Positions 8,587 through 20,407 of a DNA stretch of 64,000 bases are shown piece by piece (position 1 is the stretch's first letter; each line of letters opens with the position of its first letter). The notes under the pieces were generated by a model, which was given only the letters and a program-made list of their open reading frames with translations, was not told where the DNA came from and made no database searches. Origin of the DNA: Tetramitus jugosus (lineage: Eukaryota > Protista > Heterolobosea). The position numbers and the translations under genes were made by a program. The stretch covers positions 186,001-250,000 of the forward strand of contig OW569368.1 in NCBI GenBank assembly GCA_937625935.1, in the 5' to 3' direction.

Positions 8587-9825
8587 TCAACCGTTCATGT
8601 CATCTACGATTCCAGTCGCATCAATCCTAAACTCTACAGGCTCGCCCAACAGTGGTGCATTGATCGACTTGGACAAAAAGGCTCTTCTTGTGATGATCAT
8701 TGGCTGATCAGTGCTCGTGGGTGCTCGATTATTGTGGAATCGACCAGCCACCATTGCGCTCTGTTCTGTCTTCAACAAGAACAGTCGAGTACTCGGCACA
8801 GACTTCCATATCTCTCCCAATGTGGGCTTAAATAACTTCAAAGGATGGGTCAATGTGTTGGATTGATTCGAATCCAATCGAGCCTGTGTCGCCAGATTGG
8901 TGACCAAAAAGGAAATGTTGTACTCGCTAGCCAAAATTCTCATTTGCTGCACAATGTCATACATGAGCGTATCGCCCACCGGTGTCTGAACCGATGGCAA
9001 CAATATTTGACCAATCGAATCAATCACAATCAATCTCAACGACGAATAAAACAGTTCATTATCTGATTGAATCTCCTGAACAACCATGGCCAAAATGTCC
9101 ATCAATTGAAAAATATCAAACGCTTTGGCACAACGAATCTTGCTCATCATTTCCATTAGTGTACAAAACTCTCCTGGTGCTTGAGAGGAGTAGGATGACG
9201 CTTGAGATACAGATGCAAAGTGCTGTGCTCTTCTTCTCTCATACATGGTGGCCAATTTTCTCTCACAAAACGAATTTTGTGAATCAATGTACAGTACACT
9301 ATAATTGGTTCGATATTGTGTCAGAGAGAGTGCTGTACTGAGACAAAACATGGTTTTTCCTGTTGCCTGAGGACCAAACAATTCTGTAATTTGTTTGGGC
9401 GCGATTCCACCACTCGTCAAGATTGGATCATTGTCCATCATTTGACTATTCGTATTAGCACCAGAGGAGACGGAACCAGTGGTCAACAACTGATCTAATC
9501 GATTGGATCCACATGATAATGGAAACAGTGCCAAATCTTGATCATGCTTCAACAATTGTTCTGCCGTTGTGATGGAACAAGCATAAAATTCCAAAAGCTT
9601 TTTGCGTATGGAGGGAAGAGAACTCGTGAGAGCTTGATGATCAATCAATGGTTGTTGTTGTTGTGTTGTCGTTGTGGCACAGTATTTTTGAATTTCGAGA
9701 ACGAGTTTTGACTGAGGCGAAGAAAGAAATTGTTCGACGCTGGTGATGCGGAGGGAACATTTTTCGAGTACGTTGAGTAAGTCTTCGGAGAGGATGGAAG
9801 GTGAGTGTGATCGTAATTTGGGCAT
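8587..9825 (-). CDS. RAD51D: RAD51 paralog D
   Basis: RecA fold: 'GGIAPKQITELFGPQATGKT', 'VLYIDS', Walker B 'LRLIVIDSI', and paralog-D-like 'KPTLGEIWKSVPSTRLFL'. Confidence 0.8.
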   Translation of the reverse strand: MPKLRSHSPSILSEDLLNVLEKCSLRITSVEQFLSSPQSKLVLEIQKYCATTTTQQQQPLIDHQALTSSLPSIRKKLLEFYACSITTAEQLLKHDQDLALFPLSCGSNRLDQLLTTGSVSSGANTNSQMMDNDPILTSGGIAPKQITELFGPQATGKTMFCLSTALSLTQYRTNYSVLYIDSQNSFCERKLATMYERRRAQHFASVSQASSYSSQAPGEFCTLMEMMSKIRCAKAFDIFQLMDILAMVVQEIQSDNELFYSSLRLIVIDSIGQILLPSVQTPVGDTLMYDIVQQMRILASEYNISFLVTNLATQARLDSNQSNTLTHPLKLFKPTLGEIWKSVPSTRLFLLKTEQSAMVAGRFHNNRAPTSTDQPMIITRRAFLSKSINAPLLGEPVEFRIDATGIVDDMNG

Positions 9826-10098
9826 CTTGTTGAGCTTTTAGTCTGTGGTGTGTTGGCTTTGGAATGATCACTCGTGCTGTGCTGGTTGATTGAAATTTTT
9901 GGTTTTTGTTTTTAGTGTTCGAGAAATTTCTGGAATTGGGATTCGGCGGGGGAATGACAGTTGATGTCAATGTCAAGCGCGTCCGAAACACAACAGACAG
10001 AAGCCTCTTCCAAACCAATCCCAAAAACCAAAAAAACAAGAATCCAAAAACAATAGCTTTCAAACACAAAAACAACAACAACAGCAGCAGCAACAACT

Positions 10099-13000
10099 AT
10101 GAGCAAGATCACCCTCGGTTCTCGAAGAGTAGTTGTCAAGAGTGCTACTACAGCCTCAAATGCCCCCACTTTCACACCTCAACAAACACAGTGTGTTGCC
10201 TCGTGGATCGAACACGTCGTTGAACAACCGTTGATCAATGCAAGTGACTTGCACCAGTCACTGAAAAACGGTTCTGTATTATGTCAATTAATCGGTGTGT
10301 TAAACGGTACAAAAGATATGGGTCCACACAGAGAGCCTTCCGTACCATTGAGAGAACTGGAGAATATTGCCAGTTTTATGAAATCATGTCAGGATTTTGG
10401 TGTAAAGTGTGGTTGGACGTTGAGTGCGTTGCACAAGGGATCAGATATGAACTCTGTATGTTATTATTATCACATTGTTACAAAACAGCATTTTTTCCAC
10501 TCCAGTGTCATCACCTTTCATTGAGACCTGGTGTTGCGGAGTCCATTTTTTTCTAGTTCATCAGACATCAAGCTCACACAAACTTCCTCTTGTCCGCAAC
10601 TACAATTTTTTTTTCTTTGTGTGATAAAATGTAAAAATGAATGTAATGTGTAATGATGAATCACCAGGTGATTGATCATTTGGTGCAACTATCAGAGAAA
10701 TCAAAGCAAAATGCAATTGAACAAACAACGGCAGAATATAGAGGTCCATTCCTAGACTTCAACTCACCACTGCCAACACCATTCAACCTCTCTGCATGTC
10801 AAAAACTAAAGGTTGAATGTGCCAAGAGTAAGCCTACACCTACTATTACTACGGCTACTACTACTACCACTACCACCACACCTACTACTACACCCACTTC
10901 TTCTTCTTCTTCTTCACCTACTACACCTACTTCTACTTCGACTGCTGCATCCGCAGCAACACCTGTAAAAATGAATAATTTAGCTACGAGTGGTGGTAGT
11001 GTTGATTCACCATCACCAGCTACTCCTCCTCCATCTTCAGCATCATCGTCGTCGTCAACAACGAACGCATCTCCAGTGCTACCGAGAACTGGTTCTGGTA
11101 TTTCTATGTTAGGTAAGAGACCAATTATTAGAAAAACAACGACAACAGATTCCTCTGCTGTCAATTCGCCACCTCCTGCAGATAGTAGTAGTAGTAGCAG
11201 CAGCAGCAGTAGTGCATCTCCATCAAATTCATTGAGTCCTAGTAGAACAGTGATTGTCGCTTCAAAGAGAGCCAGTATTTGCTTAAAATCATCTCCTCTG
11301 TCAAACAACTCTGCTACGGGTGGAGCAGCAACTCATGAAGCTGGAGCTTCGGGCAATAACGGAAGTCCTATCACCAAGTCAAAAGTTGTGATTGGAAAGA
11401 AGCCTGTCAGGGTAAGTATTTTTATTGTTGGCATGCAATCGGTTTAGCAAATTTGTTTACAATTTATTTGTTGTTGTTTCTTATTTTTCGTGTGTGATTG
11501 ATTACTTAGGTTGTGGGAAGTCGTCCTGTATTGTCTCAAAAGGAAATTGAGAGTGTGAATGTTGATATTGGAGACGATAGAGCCGTTTCCTATCATATTA
11601 CACAGTTGAAGACAACAAGTGGTAATGCTTCTCCAGAATACTTGCAGTCATTGGTCACTGTGATCACTCAACAAAACCGTGAATGGGTTGAACAGTTTGT
11701 CAAGGATGGTGCCATCAAGATTTTGGGAGAGATTCTGAACAAGAATGAAGCATCTTTCAAGACTGTGAAGCAAAACACAATCCAAGAGAACTGTATTGGC
11801 TGTTTGAAGGCCATTGCTGACAGTGAAGTATTTTATGGATTCGTGAAGAATTCAAAGACTGTTGCTTCTGTTGCCTTGCTATTGGACATCAAACTGAGAA
11901 GTGCCAGTCACTACACCATCAAGTCAAAGATTTGTGAACTGTTGGCTCTGATTTGTACTTTTTCCGAGGATGGTTTCTGGTGTGCATTGGATGCTATGAC
12001 AGCATACAAGAATACAAAGAAGGAAACTGCAAGATTCAGTGATTTGGTGGGCAGTTTGGCCCCTCAATTCAGATCTGATGCCAAGGTCGTAACCGCCATT
12101 GGACAGATTCCATCAGAGTTGAAGCAAGACACACAAGGATACGCACTTTTGTTTATTAATGCACTCATTAATTCGCCAAAGGATCCTTCAACTCGTTCCT
12201 TCATTCGTGAGGAGTTTACCAAGCTTGGAGCTGGCAAGTATGTTGAGCAGATGAAGGAGGATATTTCCACAGGAGTTATCACTAGCAAATTGCTCATTTC
12301 GCAGGTGAAGGAATACGAAGAAGAAATGTTGAGTGCATTGATCGATGAGGAGATGACCACCAATACAACAGATGCTGCAGAGGCTGACGATGATCATGAG
12401 GATGGTGTATCAGCCGAGTCACCTACAGAGGAAGTGAACATAGAGGATGTCTTGAGATCATTGAAGTTAAAACTGGGCAGAGCCGCTGGAGGTACGAGTT
12501 CTCTTGCTGATGTGCTCAAATCTCTGTTGAAGCTTTCACAAGTCACAACCAATGATTCTATCCTATCTACCAGTTTGAAATCAATCAGTGGTATGTTGAA
12601 ACATCTTGTGGAGCAATCAATGAGCAAACAGGACAAGGGTCAAGTTGAAGATGTACTGGGTGAAATCAGCACATTGAACAAGAGAATCAAACAACTTGAA
12701 AAAGATAAGGAGCTGTCGAAAACCAGCGACAAAGTGCTAGACAAGTTAGCAAGTGAAAAGAATGAACTGATATCTGAAGGCAACAAGCTGAAAACAGAAT
12801 TGAATGTTTTGGCGGATCAGATTCAAAAGATTACCACCGAGAAGAATTCTTTATTGAATCAGTTGAAGACAAAAGAGCAGGACTTGGAAAACTCCAAGAA
12901 GGGTGATTCTGAACAAGTTACACACCTGAAAACAGAATTAGATAATCTTCGAAGAGACATCTTGGAGAAAGAGAAGTATGCTGTTCAAAAATTCGAAAAG

Positions 13001-15070
13001 GAAGTCATCTCAAAGATAGAAGGACAGCTGACAGTGATCGATAGACACACTGGTGATATCCCAATTGCGTCCTCACTCAATGATCTCCCTCCACTCGAGA
13101 AAGCAATTGCCAGAATCTCCAATACTCACTTTATCGTTCTCGACAGAAGTATTCAAGAAGCATTGGACAATGAGGCCAACACCACTAACACTGATGATGA
13201 TAGCGCAATTACTAATTTGAAACTTGAAGTTAGGATGTTGAAGCAACAGAGAAATACTCTGTTGAAGAAGTTGGAAGAAGGTGGCTCTTCTTCAACTGAA
13301 GTGAAGAAGCTCCAAGGTGAGATTGAACAACTTCGCAAGCAACTGGCAAGTGCTCAGTCAATGTCCGCTTCCGTTCCGCCACCACCCTCCATTAATGTTG
13401 TTGATACCGAATCCACTGATACCGCAGGTGACATGCCTCCCCCACCACCACCAATGTCTGGCGTTGCACCACCACCTCCTCCTCCTCCTGGTATGATGGG
13501 TGGCCCTCCACCTCCACCACCAGGTCCAATGATGGGTGGCCCTCCTCCACCACCGGGCATGATGGGAGGACCTCCACCACCTCCTGGTATGATGGGTGGT
13601 CCTCCACCTCCAGGTATGATGACAGCCAAAGCTGGTCCTTCTCTTCCACAACTTCCATCGATCGGTACCCCTTCAAAACCAATGAAGAATTTCTATGGAG
13701 ATGCCATTGCAAAGAATAAGGTTTCTGATACAATTTGGGTCAAGGGTGGTATTATTGATGAGATTAACTCTGTCAATATTGATGTGAATGAAGTCGAAGA
13801 GCTGTTCTCTAACGAGACGACAACAAAGGCTAGCACCTCATCAGAGGTTGACACTCCAAGAAAAGCCAAGAAGGAGCTTGTGTCATTTGTTGAACCTCAA
13901 AAGTCTACCAATGTGGCTCTACTTCTCGGTTACATGAGAATGGAACCAAAGCAGATCAAGGATGCTATTGTCAATATGGACGAGGAAAAGTTGTCTCAGG
14001 CAAATATTGAGGCATTGAAGGACAAGACTCCAACGCCTGATGAAATTGAACAATTGACAGCATATACTGGAGATTACAATCTCTTGTCAAAGACCGATCA
14101 ATTCTACTTGGAGATCAAGGATATTCCAAAATTGAGCACACGGTTGAATTGTTGGGCATTCAAATTTAAGTTTGCCAATGATGTCACTCAATTGTTGCCT
14201 GATATTGATACCCTCACATTAGCTGTTACTGAAGTTCTGGATAGCAATAGATTTAAGCGATTCTTGTCTGTTGTTCTAGCCGTGACAAACTTCTTGAATG
14301 CCAAGTCATCAAAGAAGGACTCCTATGGTTTCAAGCTGAAGTCACTTGTTAAGTTGGCCGATACCAAGTCATCTAAGAACAACATGTCTCTATTGCAATA
14401 TATTGCTGTATTCTGTGAGAAGAATGAGCCTGATCTGCTCGAACTGGGTAAGGATATGGCACATTTAGATGCTGCTACTCGTGTCAGTTTACCAGACGTC
14501 GTGAATGAAGTGAAGAAGCTGCAAATGGGTGTCAAGCTTGTGGACTCTGAAGTGAAGAACAATGAATCAAGTTCTGACAAGTTTTCCAAGGTGATGAAGA
14601 GTTTCTTGAGTGATGCACAGGAGAAACTTGATGACATTACAGGTGCTTTGATTAATTTGGATGAACAATTGACCACATTAACCAACTCGTATGCTGAAGA
14701 GGCTGCCATGATCAAGAACCCTACAGAGTTCTTGCAGAATTTGAAGAAATTCATCGACCTCTACCACGAAGGATACAGAGCCTATCTGAGAAGAGTTGAA
14801 CTTGAACGAAAGAAGCAGATGCAAGCAGCCACAGAAGAAAAGATGAAGACACAATTAGCAGAGGCCATGAACAGAAGAAAGTCGATTCGTTTGTCAGAAG
14901 TGCACCTAGACACAACCGAAAAGAGCTCTGGAATCAGATCAGCTCTTGTCAATGGTGACGCCTTTAGACACAGAAGATACTCCAGATTTGAACAACCAGG
15001 CTCCCAAATGCCCGTCAATCCATTCCCAGGTACCTCAGGGCTGAGGAAAACGAGCTTCTCTCAAAAATAA
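10099..15070 (+). CDS. Diaphanous-type formin with N-terminal calponin-homology domain; exons 10099-10455, 10668-11411, 11510-15070
   Basis: CH domain 'LHQSLKNGSVLCQLI...LENIASFMKSCQDFGV'. Phase-0 introns 10456-10667 (GTATGT..CAG) and 11412-11509 (GTAAGT..TAG) join three ORFs in frame. GBD/FH3 'LLFINALINSP', poly-Pro FH1, FH2 'VLAVTNFLN...YGFKLKSLVKLADTKS'. Confidence 0.88.
13434..13620 (+). repeat. FH1 tandem repeat (GMMGGPPPPP)n within the formin
   Basis: Repeated ggtatgatgggtggccctccacc-like units encoding profilin-binding polyproline tracts. Confidence 0.85.
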
Positions 15071-15112
15071 AAGATTGGTGTTGCTCTCCCACTTGTTCCA
15101 CTTAATAATGCA

Positions 15113-15185
15113 AAAGCTCACACGCACCCAACCTGAATTGGCAGTAGTCACAGAAGATGGTCCAGATCGGGCGAATGCGAACTCC
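15113..15185 (-). ncRNA. Candidate small hairpin RNA (pre-miRNA-like), copy 1
   Basis: 5' arm GGAGUUCGCAUUCGCCCGAUCUGG pairs with 3' arm UCAGGUUGGGUGCGUGUGAGCUUU at 23 of 24 positions, with 9 G·U pairs and a 25-nt loop. It ends in a U4 run. 28/31 nt recur at 63970-64000. Confidence 0.55.
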
Positions 15186-15494
15186 ATTCCGAGGAATATT
15201 GGTTTTGTTAACTTTGAGAGATGTGTGAATTGAATTGCTGTGTATCTTCTTAGGCTGCTGCCTGAACGTTTAATGACCATAGAACAATTTTATATCTTCT
15301 TCTTCCTCTACATCCAGAAACGATATGGTTCCTCTCTGCCCCATCAACTATTTTTGGCGTTTCAGATCCTTCAAAAACTTGTTTTGTATTCCTCAACTCG
15401 GAGAATTGCACAAAAAATTTTCACACGCGGGAAACCCAATGCCGACTATGCAAAAACAAACACGCATTCTTATCACAACAAACATCAACAAAGC

Positions 15495-16493
15495 ATGGGC
15501 AAGCACTCAAAGGACAAACGAGACATTTACTATAGAAAAGCCAAAGAAGAAGGATGGAGAGCCAGAAGTTCATTCAAGCTACTTCAAGTCGACGAAGAAT
15601 TCAACATTTTTCAAGGTGTGACGAGAGCTGTTGATTTGTGTGCGGCACCCGGTTCATGGTCACAAGTCTTGCAAAAAAAATTGTTTGAAGAAAATGCAAA
15701 AATTGACTCGACAACAACAGCAACAACAATAACAAGTGAGGATAATAATAATAGTTGTCATTCGATCGAAGGTAATAATAATCATAAACAAACTGCTGAA
15801 AAACCAATTATTGTAGCAGTGGACTTGCAAGAAATGGCACCATTGGACAATGTGATTCAAATTCAAGGCGATATTACTAGTGAAAAAACAGCGCAGGAAA
15901 TTATTGATCATTTCAAGGGTGAGAAGGCACAGTTGGTTGTTTGTGATGGTGCACCTGATGTGACGGGTATGCACGATATTGATGAATACATTCAGAGTCA
16001 ATTGATTTTGGCTGCGTTGAGCATTACGACTCAAGTGCTTGCCAATGGTGGAACATTTGTGAGTAAGATTTTTAGAGGAAAGGATGTGAGTTTGCTGTAC
16101 AATCAAATGGGAATTTTCTTTGAGAAGGTTCATGTGACGAAACCAAAGAGTTCTAGAAATTCGAGTATTGAATCGTTTGTTGTGGGACAGGGATTCAAGA
16201 TGCCAACAAGTGATACATCAAAGTACGCCAATGATATGCTGTTGTATGCTGGTGATGTGTACGGTGAAGGAATACAGAAGCATAACATGCAATTGGGACT
16301 GAATAGAGTGATCGTGCCGTTTATGGCATGTGGAGACTTGAATGGATTTGATTCTGATATGAACTATGCGTTGTTGGATGAAGAAGGTGAACAAAAGGAA
16401 AGAATAGAACCGATTCAACCACCAACGAATCCTCCGTACAAGGAAGCGCTGCGTCTTAAGCACAGCAACGACGAAAAGATGAGATTAAAGTAA
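15495..16493 (+). CDS. FTSJ1: tRNA (C32/N34) 2'-O-methyltransferase Trm7/FTSJ1
   Basis: True start '[29 protein letters not shown]'; '[13 protein letters not shown]', '[13 protein letters not shown]', '[11 protein letters not shown]'. Confidence 0.95.
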   Translation: MGKHSKDKRDIYYRKAKEEGWRARSSFKLLQVDEEFNIFQGVTRAVDLCAAPGSWSQVLQKKLFEENAKIDSTTTATTITSEDNNNSCHSIEGNNNHKQTAEKPIIVAVDLQEMAPLDNVIQIQGDITSEKTAQEIIDHFKGEKAQLVVCDGAPDVTGMHDIDEYIQSQLILAALSITTQVLANGGTFVSKIFRGKDVSLLYNQMGIFFEKVHVTKPKSSRNSSIESFVVGQGFKMPTSDTSKYANDMLLYAGDVYGEGIQKHNMQLGLNRVIVPFMACGDLNGFDSDMNYALLDEEGEQKERIEPIQPPTNPPYKEALRLKHSNDEKMRLK

Positions 16494-16520
16494 ACTTGGT
16501 TTTCATTCATCGCCTACTAC

Positions 16521-19500
16521 TCAGTAGCCAAAATCTCTGACAAGGTTCGCATACGAGTCTTGTTGTGACGCTGCCTGTGGTTTTGTCGCTAGATTGACGT
16601 TCATAGATTTCTTGACTAACACAATCTTTTGTACTCCTAATAGATTGTACAACTCATCCACTTTCGTTATAATATCGTCCAACTTGTTTGTCCAGTTGGT
16701 CGAAGATAGAATGTCAAACACGTCGTCCGTCACTTCTTCATCTAGGAAGTCGGCAATCTGCAGCGTGCCGTAAATCTGTTGGCCAGCGTATTCACGTACC
16801 TTGGGGTATCTGCTCATCAGACCAGATGTAAATAATCTTTGAATGGATTTCATTCTGGTTGGATCTTCAAAACGCAATAGCTCACACAATACGTCGATAC
16901 AGATGAATATCTTGCTGATATTCTTTGTTTGTTTCATCTCTGCCGTAATGCTCACAATAATTTGTTCTGTTAACGAGTATTGATCAGGTGTAAGAAAATC
17001 TAAGCAATCGTGGGAGAAAAGATGACCTAATGACTTAAGCAGAGGCACCACGACACGATCATCCAACTGATTAGTCTGCAATATTCTCAATAGATCCTCG
17101 CTTATCTTCGCTGTGACATTCTTATTGCCACCTCGGTTCAACTCCTTAATAAACTTCACAAGAGCCTCTGCACTGTACTTGAATACGTGACTAGAGAGAC
17201 CTCCTACACTAATCACAAGACCACTCAATAGGCTACTCCTGTATTCATCAAAGTTCAAACATTTCACAAATATTGGGAATGTGACCTCTGGGGAAGACCA
17301 ATCAATTAGATCGGTTTCTTGTTCGCCTTCACTAATTAACTGTCTCAATGTCTCCTTTTGTGGAATATTAATAATAACTGGATTTTCAGACAGCAAGAGA
17401 TTCTTAAGAATGTTGCCAGCATGATCTCTAACTCGGTCAATCTTCTCCACTGCTTGTTTTAAAATACAACTGATGACAGATGATGCCATTTCGACCGAGA
17501 ATAGATCGTTTCTGGCATCATTAGCACACAACAGCTTAGCCCATCTATGAAGAGCTTGAATCGATGCTTCGCGTACCAATGATCCTATGTCTCCTCTCTT
17601 ATCGACAGAATAATCGTTTGCTCCAATAAGGAAAGAAGCAAAGATTGACCCTAAATTTGAAACATTAACTCCAGAATCACCAACACCCGAGGTTTCGCAT
17701 AGAGCTATGAGTCCCAAGACGGCGTTTCTTCTGGACTCTGCATCATGCAATTCAGGATTACTCTCAATAGAAATCTTTTGGATCAGTGTTGAGCTTACAT
17801 CTCTGAATGTATTTTCATCAATCAATTGTTTTGGAATAGAGCCTAGAGCAAGAGAATATCCCCTCCGTGTAGCAGGATTGATATCAGTTTTGAGAGTGTC
17901 TATGTACTGATAGATCACGCTCCTACCTAACTCTATATTCTCTCGTACATAATATTGAGAAGTGAATGCTTTGAAGGCACGAATGGCAATGTCAATAATT
18001 TCTTCATTTGGATGTTTGAGGTTCGTGTCCAAGGTTTCCTGAAATACGTTCAATGTTCGCTTTTTCAAGACTCGTGGTCCAACTGCGGCATGATAGTTAC
18101 TGATTTCCGGTAAGTCCAATCTACTTAGGGCTATTCGTTCTATAAAATAGCAAACGGCTTCTCGAATTATCTCTCCTCCTTTTCCTCGATATAATCTCTT
18201 CGCTTCAATCGTTGGAATAACTTCTTTCAAATCAGTTTTGAGTTGACTAGAAAAAATGTGTCCCTGCTTGGCCAATCCATACATAACGTCAGCCGCAGCT
18301 ATGATCGATCCATGTCGAATGTTGATGTCATCAACAAAACAACGCAGTAATAGTGATGGCAGAACAGTATTAGCCATATATGGCACATCAAGCTCACAAA
18401 GTCTATGCAATGCTTGTGCAGATAATTCTCGCACAGATTTGTCCCAATGAACAGACTTCACCTCAACTAAATGATCAACTAAACTCTGACAATATTCAGG
18501 ATATTGAGCTATAAAGTAACTCACCTCCAAATATGCATTACTCCTATTAGAGAGAGTAAAATAGTCTGCCTTTGTTAATATATCAATACCATGAGGAAAA
18601 TTACCTTGTCTTCCAACGTTCTCTTGGAATGCCGCTGCTGCAGCTCTTCTACAATTGACCTCTCTATCGAAAACAGCAGTCTTAAGCAGCCCTCTGGCAA
18701 GCGAGGAAACATAAGGGGACATGACTTCTGGTGCATAAGCTCGAGAGAAAGCCCAACACACGTAACATGCAGAATCTCTAACATGAGATCCAACGCTGTG
18801 CGCTCCCTTTCGCTCATCATACTCTAGCGCTTTTTGCAGTACTGGAACTACTGTATCGAGTCTTTCAGGCAGGAGTAATCCACGCCGAGCTAACTCTGCT
18901 AAAGCGAGACAGCCGCCATGCCATGCATTGTCACCCTCTCCGGGACTCAGTAAGTCGAGCACTGAGCCGACAACCTCGTCTCCAAAATGCTTCGGTAATC
19001 TCATTGTTATTCTACCGACTCCCTTTGCTGCGCTCCATCTGACAATTGTTTCTCTATCACGGAGACCCTCAAGCATTTTACCAATAACCTCTTCAATCTG
19101 CTCAGGTACATCCACATCTTCGTCGTCCTCCTCGCTCACATCTGATTCCATGTTGTTTTGATTCTTCGATAGAGAAGTATTCGTTGATCTTAAATTCTGA
19201 AGCAATGATTTTCTACCCTTCTGGTATCGCCAGCTCACAACTCTTGGTCGTAAGTAAATCAATCCAATCCTCTGGGCAAGTTTAACCGTTAGTTGTCGTA
19301 TCAAACCATTACCTACATCAGAGGTATCTGCCACTGCAAAAGGTAAGATCGTAGCTACCACAAGTATCATCTCGTCTCTCCGGCCACTCTTGAAAATATC
19401 GATGAGGGTAGCAAAAATGCCTGATCTTAAAACCTGATCATCAGAATGAGCCAAAGAGTCACTTGCCCAATTTAAGAATGTGATTAATTGACCGTGCAAA

Positions 19501-20223
19501 TCATGCCTTGTCAATAATTTTGATAGAAACACTGATGCACCATCTCTAGTTTTTCCAGAGTCCGACAACGCCTGCGTTGCTGCGTTCATCATTCGCCTCG
19601 TGAGTGATGTCTCTGATTCAGGGTTGACATCAACAGCAGAAAATGGAAAAGGATTCATTACAATGAGCGACAACCAGAGCATAATAACATATCGAGTTTC
19701 CCATTCGAACACTGGAATTGTTGCATAAATCGAATACAACGACTCCAATTGACTTAAATCATGCGGAAATTGTTTCACTATAGCCTTGTATCCTCTCACC
19801 TTTGTCAACAAGTACAAAACAGTGAATAAGCTACGACGCAAACTCTCTACACTGTTCATTTGAACGTGTCGACCAATCTTAGTGACCTGCTTCATTCCCA
19901 ATACTTGTTCAACAAGATCCATTACGAGTGATATGATTCCCTCGAGATGAGGATCCAGTAATTGCCCCTTTTCCAAATACTTTTCAAACTAGGAGAAAAA
20001 GTCAATATGATATAAAACAACAACAGTGCACTTATGAATTCCATACAATTCTTTGTAGCTTTTGAGTGTGTTTTTTGAGCTGTGAAATCTCTGTTATGGT
20101 TGCATAATCGCTAACGAGTGCATTCACTTGGTCTGCCTCCGCAAAGAAGCTTTGGAATTGGTGGGTTGTTTCTTCCTCCTCATCGCCGTCAATGTTCATA
20201 GGGTCATTAAAACCTGACATCAT
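16521..20223 (-). CDS. TBCD: Tubulin-folding cofactor D; exons 20223-20047, 19988-16521
   Basis: 'QLLDPHLE', 'KVRGYK', 'WETRYV', 'VRWSAAKGVGR', 'AWHGGCLALAELARRGLLLP', 'FDREVNCRRAAAAAFQENVGR'. Phase-0 intron 19989-20046 (GTATGG..TAG). Confidence 0.95.
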
Positions 20224-20407
20224 TTTTAAATTCAAGATAAGTTTTTGCTTCCAGCAGTAAGAAATTGAATCGCACCGAAAATGGCGCCAATAGAAAAGCG
20301 CCAAAACCTTTCATGTCCGATTGAAACTTCAATTCTTCTATCGGACATCTTTCCAAAACAAACAAACATTTGTCCTGCATGTTGTGACGACGCCTAGCAA
20401 AACATTA

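Noticed and set aside
15113-15185. 5S rRNA (shares GCCCGATCT and GGGTGC...GCTTT)
   Set aside because: The spacing is far too short and internal 5S helices and boxes are missing.
15240-15494. N-terminal extension of the FTSJ1 ORF
   Set aside because: Non-ATG start; homology begins at [10 protein letters not shown] (15495). Similar upstream extensions were trimmed for SPO11, TrpRS, RasGEF and others.
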